DNA of 32,393 nucleotides from Blastocatellia bacterium (GTDB lineage Bacteria; Acidobacteriota; Blastocatellia; Chloracidobacteriales; JADJPF01): NCBI GenBank assembly GCA_023265235.1, contig JAHFUF010000002.1, positions 1 to 32,393 of the forward strand, read 5' to 3'. Shown piece by piece: positions 7,877 to 16,611 of this stretch (position 1 is its first letter; each line of letters starts with the position of its first letter). The notes under the pieces were generated by a model. It saw only the letters and a program-made list of their open reading frames with translations, ran no database searches and was not told where the DNA came from. The position numbers and the translations under genes were made by a program.

Positions 7877-10800
7877 TTACTCGGAACCTGAGAAACTCTT
7901 TAACCATTTATCAACATCCTTATCTGAGAGTTCATTTAGTTTATTTAATATTTCTTTATTTGAATCAACATTTGGTATTCTATCACTTATTGTTTTCTTT
8001 ATTTCTCCTACCTTATTTTTACTTTTTTCTTCAATAATCGAAGCTAGCTCAGCTACAGTAGGGTTTTCAAAAATATCTCTTAAGCTTAATTCTATGCCAT
8101 TTTCTTTTCTTAAGCGGCTAATAATTTTAGTAGCAATTAAAGAATGCCCTCCTAAATAAAAAAAATTGTCATTTAGTCCTACTTTAGCAACATCCAATAT
8201 ATCTACCCATATTTTACTTATAGTTCTCTCTATATCGCTTTGCGGTTTAATAAAACCTTCTAAACCATCTTTAGAGTCAACAGTTAAAGATTGTTGGTCT
8301 ATTTTTCCATTAGAGTTTTTTGGAGGTTCTTCTAAGAAGACAAAAGCACTAGGGGTTATATGTGTTGGTAGCAAATTAATAGATTCTGTTGGGTTGGCTA
8401 AAATAGAGCAAAACAACTCTTGATAGTTTTTAGCAATTCTTTCTATAGTTTCTCCTTTAAACAAGTCAGTGTTATATTCAATATCAACCTGTAAACCCTG
8501 TTCTAACGGATTAATAAAAACAATCATATCAAACTTGGCGGTTTTATATTCAATATCAAATCGATTAACAGTTATTCCTGGTAAATTCAAATTATCTAAT
8601 GAATTTTCCTGTAGCATAAACATAACTTGAAATATAGGTGTATAACTAGCATTACGCTCTGGTTGAAGAAATTCTACTAGCTTTTCAAAAGGCATTTCTT
8701 GATGTGCATAAGCTCCTAAGCAAGTTTGTTTAACTTTCTCTAAGAGGGCAATAAAACTTTCTTCAGCAGAAAGCTTAGTCCTTAAAACCAATGTATTAAC
8801 AAAAAATCCCATTAATTTTTCTAAATCTGAATGGTTTCTCCCTGTTATAGGGCTACCCAAAACAATATCTGTTTGTCCTGTGTATCTATAAAAAAGCAAT
8901 TTGAAACTAGCTAACATTGTCATAAATAATGTAGCGTTTTGCTTTTTACTAAAAGATATAATTTGGTGGCTTAACTCTTTATCCAAACTAAGTTTATAAC
9001 GAGCACCATTATAAGTCTGAAATGCTGGTCTAGGTAAATCACTAGGAAATGTAAGTAGTGGGTTAAGATCTGCTAGGGTTTCTTTCCAGTAAACGAATTG
9101 TTTTTCTAACACTTCTTTTGATAATTTATTACGCTGCCAAATAGAATAATCAGCATATTGTATGGGTAAAGCTTCATTACTATCTTCTTTTCCTAAACTA
9201 AATTCTTGGTAATAATTACTTAATTCTTTTAAAAATATAATTACTGATTGCTCGTCTGAAATTATATGATGCATGTTAAAAAAGAAAATATGTAACTCCT
9301 CTGAAAGTCTTATTAATAGAGACTTTAAGAGTGGTAATTTAGTTAATTTAAATGGCTCGCTAGACTTTTGACTAAGTATAGATAAGGCTTTCTGCTCTCT
9401 TTCTGGCTTTGATAAAGAGGTTAAATCGATTATTTCTAGAGGCAAAATTAAACTATCTGAAATTACTTGTACTGTTTGCTCTTGGACAAGATCAAGATTA
9501 AAACTTGTGCGCAAAATTTCATGTCTACTAACTATTTTATTTATACTTTTTTCTAAAGCTATAAGATCAAGGCTTCCTAATAATTCCAAAGCTATTGACA
9601 TATTATAAGCACTATCAGACTCAAGTTGGGCTAATATCCACAACCTTTGTTGTGAGAATGATAATGGTAGGTCTTGGTTTCTAGCCACTGGAATTATAGG
9701 AGTAGTCTCGTTAAAGCTAGAAGAAAGTGTTACTTTTTCTGCTAGGCTAGCAACGTTAACTGATTCAAAAATATCACGTACAGAGGCTTCCACATTAAAG
9801 CTTTTTTGTATCTGGAAAATAATTTGCAATGCTAAAAGAGAATGTCCCCCTAAAGCAAAAAAACTATCATAGATCCCTATTTTTTCTTGTTTAAGTATAT
9901 CAGTCCAAATTCTAGCAATTACTTCCTCAACATAATTTCGAGGAGCAACAAAACTTTCTGATATGTCTTGAGTATCTGTTGTAGATAAAGAGTTTCGGTC
10001 TATTTTCCCATTTGGTAATAAAGGTAGAGCCAACAAAAAAACATACCTTGTAGGAATCATATAATTAGGCAATTTGGCTTTTAGTTTTTCTTGGATTTCT
10101 TGTGATGTCACATCTGTTTTTGCTACTAAATAAGCAACTAAATTTTTATTTCCCCTAATGTCTTCTTCAGCAATAATTACAGCTTCTTTTATTGCAGGAT
10201 CTTCTAAAACTACTGTCTCTATCTCACCTAGTTCTATGCGGTGACCTCTTATTTTTACTTGGCTATCTAATCTCCCTAAAAATTCTATTTTTCCATTTGG
10301 TAAATAACGGGCAACATCCCCTGTATTATACAAACATGCTCCTAATTGCTGGCTAAAAGGGTTAGGAACAAACCTTTCTGCTGTTAGATCTGGGCGATTA
10401 AAATAACCTCGACTTAGGCCATCTCCAGCAATATGCAAATAGCCTAAAACACCAATAGGAACAGGCTTTAGTAAACTATCCAAAATGTAAACTTGAGTAT
10501 TATCAATAGGTGTTCCAATAGTTATTTTATTTTCGCTTAAACTTACTTTTTCAATAGTTGACCAAATAGTAGTTTCTGTTGGCCCATATAGATTCCAAAC
10601 ATTATCACTAAAACTACATAATTGTTGCGCTAAAGCTAGCGGCATTGCTTCGCCACCACACAAGACTTTTGGATTATTTTCTCCTTTCCATCCAGCAGCT
10701 ATTAGTAAATGCCACATAGAAGGAGTAGCTTGCATTATTGAAATATTATTTTCCTTTAGTTCTGTTAATAAAGCTTTTCCGTCCACTGTTGTTTGACTAG

Positions 10801-13800
10801 AAGCTATAACCAGCTTAGCCCCTACTATTAACGGTAAGTAAATCTCTAAAGCTGCAATATCAAAAGATAAAGAGGTAACAAATAACAAAATATCTTTATT
10901 GCTAATTGCTGTTTTTTGTTTCATCGAATAAAGAAAATTTGTTAAGGAATTATGAGTTATTTGTACTCCTTTAGGTTTGCCTGTTGAGCCTGATGTATAA
11001 ATGACATAAGCTAAGTTATCACCCAAAGTTTTAGTAAATAAGTTGACATTATTTTGTGGTTCAATTTCTCCTACTTTACCTAATTCTCCATCTAACGCTG
11101 CATTAAGTAATAGCTTTTCTACATTATTGTTAGAAAATTGTTCTATTAAGCTATTTTCTACTATTAGTATTGATAACTTAGAGTCTTCAACCATAAAAGC
11201 CAAACGTTCATTTGGGTAGTTTGGATCTAGTGGAACATAACCTGCACCTGATTTAAGTACTGCTAAGAGCGCGATAATTAAATTCAATGATCGCTCTAGG
11301 CATATGCCTATCAAGGTTTCTGCCTTTGCTCCTAGTTTTATCAGCCTTTTAGCTAATTCATTAACCTTTTCATTTAACTGTTGATAAGTAAGTGTCTTTT
11401 CTCTACAAACTACAGCTATAGAGTTAGGTATTTTTTCTAGTTGTAGCTCAAATAGATTATACACTGTTAAGTTTCTAGGATATTGAACCGTTGTTTGATT
11501 CCATTTTACTAAAACCTGCTCTTGCTCTAACTTGCTTAATAACTGTAGGTTAGAAATAGGTTCTTTACTCTTAACAACTATAGCTTTTAGTAAAGATAAG
11601 TAGTGCTCCACCATTTTCTCTACAGTACTTTTATTAAACAAATCAGAATTATATTCCCAAATTAAAGTGATACCAGGGTTTTCTGTCTCACAATTGAGAC
11701 CAACAGACTGCTCAAAGTGAGGAATTGCGACGATATTTAAATCAAACTTTGAAGAACCGTTATTAAGAGCTACTTGTGGTTTTATTTCTAAGTCTTCAAA
11801 TTGAAGGTTTGGTAATGGCGCGTCATGAAAACTAAAAAGTACTTGATAAATAGGAGAATAACTTAAGCTTCGTTCAGGGTTTAGACGCTCAACTATTTTA
11901 TCAAAAGGTAAATCTTGATTATCATAAGCTTCAAGAGTTAAATCACGTACTTGATTTAATAATTCTAGAACAGAAGGGTTACCTGATAGATTAATGCGAA
12001 GAACAATTGTGTTAATAATCATTCCTATTAAGCATTCTGTTTTATCCCATCGGCGGTTAGCAATCCCAGAGCCTATACATATATCTTGTTGACCACTATA
12101 GCGATAAAGCAAAATTGATAAAGCTGTTAACATGGTCATAAATAAGGTTGAATTATATTTATGGCTTAAGTCCCTAAGTTCTTTAGCAAGCCCCAGTGGG
12201 ATTTCTACTCTTAAAGCTCCTCCCCTAAAAGTTTGTATTGGTGGACGAGGATGATCATAATTTAATTGCAACATTAATGGGCAATTTTCTAAACGACCTT
12301 TCCAGTAATCTAGCTGCTTTTGTGCTTGTTTACTCTTTAACCATTCTTGTTGATAACATGCAAAATCTGAAAATTGTATTGGTAACTGAGGAAGTGGAGA
12401 AGCTTTCCCACAATTAAAGGCTTTATAAAGTACTAATAGTTCATTTAGTAAAACATTAAAAGACCATCCATCATGGAGCATATGGTGTTCAACATGGATT
12501 AAAATATGTTCTTTATGGCTTAATTTTAATAAAGTCCATCGAATTAAATAGAGTTTTGTTATATCAAAATTATGTCTAATTTCTTTGTTAACAATCTTTT
12601 GAACTTCAATATCACACTCTTGCTTGGATACAAACTGTAAATCTATTACTGGTATAGTTACTTTTTCAAAAGGATGAATAAGTTGAATGGCTTGTTGATT
12701 AACTATTGGGAAAGCAGTTCTAAGTATTTGGTGGCGTAAGATTATTTCATTAAAACATTTTTCTAAAACCTCTATATTAAGCGAACCATAAAAATGTAAA
12801 GTAGCTTGAGCATTATAAGCTATATTGGTTGGATCCAGTTGATATATAAACCTTACTCTGGCTTGAGAAAATGAAAGTGGTATAGCTCTAGATGCTGATT
12901 GTAGAAATAATGGTAAAAAGTTTTCTCTACTTAAATCTTTAGAGTTTGGTACTATTATTTTAGCCAAACTAGAAATAGTAGGATTATTAAAAAAGCTACG
13001 AAAAGGTAAGTCTATATTAAAACCTTCTTTTATTCTTACTAAAACCTGTGTAATTAGTAAGGAATGTCCCCCTAATTCAAAAAAATCTTGATTAGTTCCT
13101 ATTGACTCTAATTTGAAGACTTCAGACCAAATTTTTTCTAATTTCTCTTCTACCTCGCCACTAGGAAGAGTTAAATTTCTTTGTATTTGCTGGTAAAAAG
13201 GCATAAGCGTAACAGCTTGTCTATCTACTTTACCATTAGGCGTTAGCGGTAAACTATCAAGTAATAAAAAGGCTGATGGCACCATATATTCAGGTAAATA
13301 TTGTCTAAGAAAGGCTTTTAGGTCTTCACTAGAAACAGCAAGATTTTCTTTAGAAACCCAATAAGCTACTAAAAACTTACCTATAGATGAGTCCTCTTTA
13401 GAAATAACTATGACATTCCCTACTGTTGGATGTTTAGATAGAGTTGCTTCTATTTCTCCAAGTTCTATGCGAAAGCCTCTAAGCTTTACTTGAGTATCAA
13501 TACGACCAAGGAACTCTATTTCTCCATTTGGTTTATAGCGTGCTAAGTCTCCTGTTTTGTAGAGTCTCGCACCTATTTCTAAGCTAAAAGGGTTAGGAAT
13601 AAAATATTCTGCTGTCAAAGAAGGTTTATTAAGATAACCTCTTGAAACCCCTTTTCCTGAAATATAAATTTCTCCTATCTCTACTGTTTCTACTTTTTGC
13701 AGGTTGTTATCCAAAATATATACTTCAACTTTGTCTATAGGATAACCAATTGTAGGACTAGTATTTTCAACACACCGAGCAACAGTGGCACAAATAGTTG

Positions 13801-16324
13801 TTTCTGTTGGCCCATATCCATTAAGAAAACATCTATTTTTAGCCCATTGGGTTACTATATCTAATGTGCAAGCCTCACCAGCACTAATAATTACTTTAAG
13901 CATAGGCAGTTCTTTTTCAGGAAGAACTCTTAAGACAGCAGGAGGAAGAATTACGTTTGTAATTTGATATTTTTCTAAAGTTTCCAGTAAAAAAATAGGC
14001 GGTAAAAGTGATTCTTTTTTAGCTAAACACAGTGTCGCTCCTGCTATTAAAGAAGTAAAAATCTCTGAACAAGCCGCATCAAAACTAAAAGAAGCAAATT
14101 GCAAAACTCTATCGTGCGATTCTATAAAAAAAGCTTTTCTCAACGTTTGGATTAAATTAGACAAATTGTTATGTTGGACTAAAACCCCTTTAGGATTACC
14201 AGTAGAGCCAGAAGTATAAATTACATAAGCTAAATTATGAGCCAGTACTTTATTAGTTAAAGAATTTTTGCTTTCTTGTTCAATATATTCCAAATCTTTA
14301 TCTAACAATACTTTATCTATATTGTTGGTAAATAAACCTGTTAAATTACTTGATGTAACCAATACTGAGAGCTTAGAATCTGCGACTAAAAAAGCTAGAC
14401 GTTCTTTAGGATAGTTAGGATCTAGCGGGATATAAGCACCTCCTGCTTTAAGTATAGCTAATAGAGTTACCACCATTTCTAAAGAGCGTTCTAGACAAAC
14501 CCCAACTAGGGTTTCTCCCTTAACACCCATTTTTTGTAAATAGCGTGCAAGTTGATTAGCTTTATTATTTAGCTCTTGATAGGAAAGTTCTTTATCCTCA
14601 AAAATTACAGCTTTATTTGTAGGTGTTAGTAAGGCTTGCTCCTCAAAAAGCTGATGCAGTAAATTATCTTCAGGATAGATTGATATTCTTTCTTTTTCTA
14701 TAAGTGTTTGATAAACCCCAACTTCACTTAATTCTTGGCTCAGAGTTAAAAGTGCTTTTCTATCTACTTTCTCATTTGCTGTTAGAGGGAATTTTTCTAC
14801 CCTAATAAATCGGTTGGGTATCATATATTCAGGTAATTGTTTAGCCAAAAACTCTTTTATCTCATTTACAATAAAAACTACACTTTCTTTAATTCTCAGA
14901 TATGCAATTAATTGTTTATCCCCTAAACGTGTTTGGCCTACTACAACTACACTTTGTTTAACAACAGGATGTGTGTCCAAAACAGTTTCTATTTCCCCTA
15001 ACTCTATGCGAAAACCCCTTATTTTTACTTGGTTGTCTTTACGTCCAATAAAATCAATATTTCCATCTGGTAGATATTTAGCTAAGTCCCCTGTTTTATA
15101 AAGCCTTGCTCCTGGGTTTTTACTAAAAGGGTTAGGAATAAACCTTTCTGCTGTTAAATCTGCTTTAGCTAAATATCCTCTTGCTAACCCATCTCCTGAT
15201 GTATAGAGTTCTCCCATAACTCCTATTGGTACAATATTAAAGTCTTCATCTACTATATAAATCTCTGTATTAGAAACAGGACATCCAATAGAAACTGTTC
15301 TACCTACTTGGCTTACATCTGTCATAACATAACAACAAGTAAAAGTGGTGTTTTCTGTTGGGCCATACCCATTTATTAGTTTTATTTTTGGTATTTCTAT
15401 AAGTAAATTTTTTACTTCTTTTACTGGTAGTATGTCTCCACCAGCTAATAATTGTTTTACCCCTCTAAAACACTCTAGGTTTTCTTCTACCATTTGCTGA
15501 AATAACGCCGCAGTTAACCACATTATTGTTATTTGATACTCTTTTACTTTTGCTCCTAATTCCTCTAAGGATGGTTTATAAGCTGGAAATATGGCTAGTT
15601 TAGCTCCATTTAGTAAACTACCCCATATCTCTAAAGTTGATGCATCAAATGATATTGGAGCAAATTGTAAAAAGATATCTGTTGAGTTAATTTCTATATA
15701 ATTAGTATTTTTTACTAGCCTCACTACTGATCTATGTGAAACTACTACTCCTTTTGGTTCTCCAGTTGAGCCTGATGTATACATTACGTAGGCTATATTT
15801 TCTGGTCTTACTAAAACACTAAAGTTACTGGTAGACTCTTTTTCTATTTCTTCCCAATCTTCGTCTAAACAAACAACATTAACAGTATCACTACTTATGA
15901 GTTCTATTTTATCTCTTAATCTTTTTTGCGTTAAAATAACTTCTGCGCTGGCGTCTTTAATTAAGTATTCTAGTCTTTTTTCAGGATAAGCAGTTTCTAG
16001 AGGTAAGTATCCTGCTCCTGCTTTTATAATAGCCAATACAGCAATTATCATTTCTAGAGAACGTTCTAAGCAAACCCCTACTAAGGTTTCTTCTTTTATT
16101 CCTCGTTTCCTTAAATAACCTGCTAGCTGATTGGCTTTCTCATTTAGCTCTTTATAGGTCAATTGTTGAGACTCAAATTCAATTGCTATAGCTTCTGGAG
16201 TTACTCTTACCACTTCTTCAAACAACTCTACAATAGTTTTATTCTTTGGATAATTAGTAGCAGTATTATTAACTTGCAATGACAAATACCTTTTATTTTG
16301 ATTAAGTAACTGTTCCTGTCCCAT
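7877..16324 (-). CDS. Non-ribosomal peptide synthetase, 2815 aa: A-A-T-C-A-T-C-(A10 remnant)-T plus acidic C-terminal helix
   Basis: ORF track entry. Domain order:
- A1, aa 25-527: [50 protein letters not shown]. Code DALWLGGTFK, aliphatic/Val-like.
- A2, aa 552-1037, fused to A1 with no carrier between. Code DASIIAGICK, nearest to aromatic codes.
- T: GGHS Ser1088, nt 13061-13063.
- C: [9 protein letters not shown] from aa 1280.
- A3, aa 1618-2113: code DILQLGLIWK, the Gly code.
- T: Ser2162, nt 9839-9841.
- C: [9 protein letters not shown], nt 9245-9271.
- 26-aa A10-only remnant, nt 8285-8362.
- T: Ser2728, nt 8141-8143.
An AGGGT motif lies upstream of the ATG. Confidence 0.95.
   Translation of the reverse strand: [2815 protein letters not shown]
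14723..16281 (-). repeat. Starter A-domain cassette, copy 2 (direct repeat of 6164..7712)
   Basis: Same evidence as copy 1. This copy has three extra codons ([17 protein letters not shown] versus EAISNNTICLDQDW) and one extra base at 16244-16252 relative to copy 1. Confidence 0.9.
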
Positions 16325-16369
16325 AGTAATTACCCTATTAAAGTTTAACTTATTTCAAGTAAAACACTT

Positions 16370-16407
16370 ATAATCTTCGATCAAATAAATCCTGTCAATA
16401 ATGTCAA
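16370..16407 (-). promoter_or_regulatory. Candidate sigma70-type promoter for the 7877..16324 NRPS gene (tandem -35 boxes)
   Basis: The minus strand reads agcTTGACAttaTTGACA-N17-GATTAT. The consensus -35 hexamers lie at 16402-16407 and 16393-16398. The -10-like GATTAT lies at 16370-16375, about 45 nt upstream of ATG 16324. Motif match only, and AT-rich DNA produces such matches easily. Confidence 0.4.
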
Positions 16408-16524
16408 GCTAAGGCCAGCTATCCGCTAATTTAACCAGCATTATCTACTCTTGGACATTGAGTTTTATTTATTCTTAAAATAAGATTGTTTTTCTTGCCA
16501 ATTAAACAGCAACTACATTACCTG

Positions 16525-16552
16525 CTAGTTAATAAACTAGTTTATTAACTAG
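16525..16552. promoter_or_regulatory. Perfect 28-bp palindrome (candidate operator) in the divergent intergenic region
   Basis: CTAGTTAATAAACTAGTTTATTAACTAG equals its own reverse complement at all 14 pairs, checked base by base. It overlaps a tandem 12-mer AACTAGTTTATT x2 (16535-16558) and lies 60-87 nt upstream of ATG 16612. Confidence 0.55.
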
Positions 16553-16611
16553 TTTATTTTAATGGATTTAATGTTAGCATAATAAAAAAGCTATTTAGAA
16601 TACGTACAACT

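Noticed and set aside
8166-15101. Plus-strand ORFs from the track (8166..8423, 13785..13967, 14814..15101) inside the 2815-aa NRPS gene
   Set aside because: They are short, lie antisense to a gene with continuous recognisable NRPS motifs, give low-complexity translations and have no ribosome-binding context. They are typical shadow ORFs.
16451-16583. Plus-strand promoter guesses for the C-C-A-T gene: TTGGAC(A)-N18/19-TAAAAT at 16451-16481, and TTTATT-N19-CATAAT at 16553-16583
   Set aside because: The spacers are longer than optimal, the hexamers are weak, and there are several equally poor alternatives. I list only the region's palindrome and the minus-strand promoter as features.
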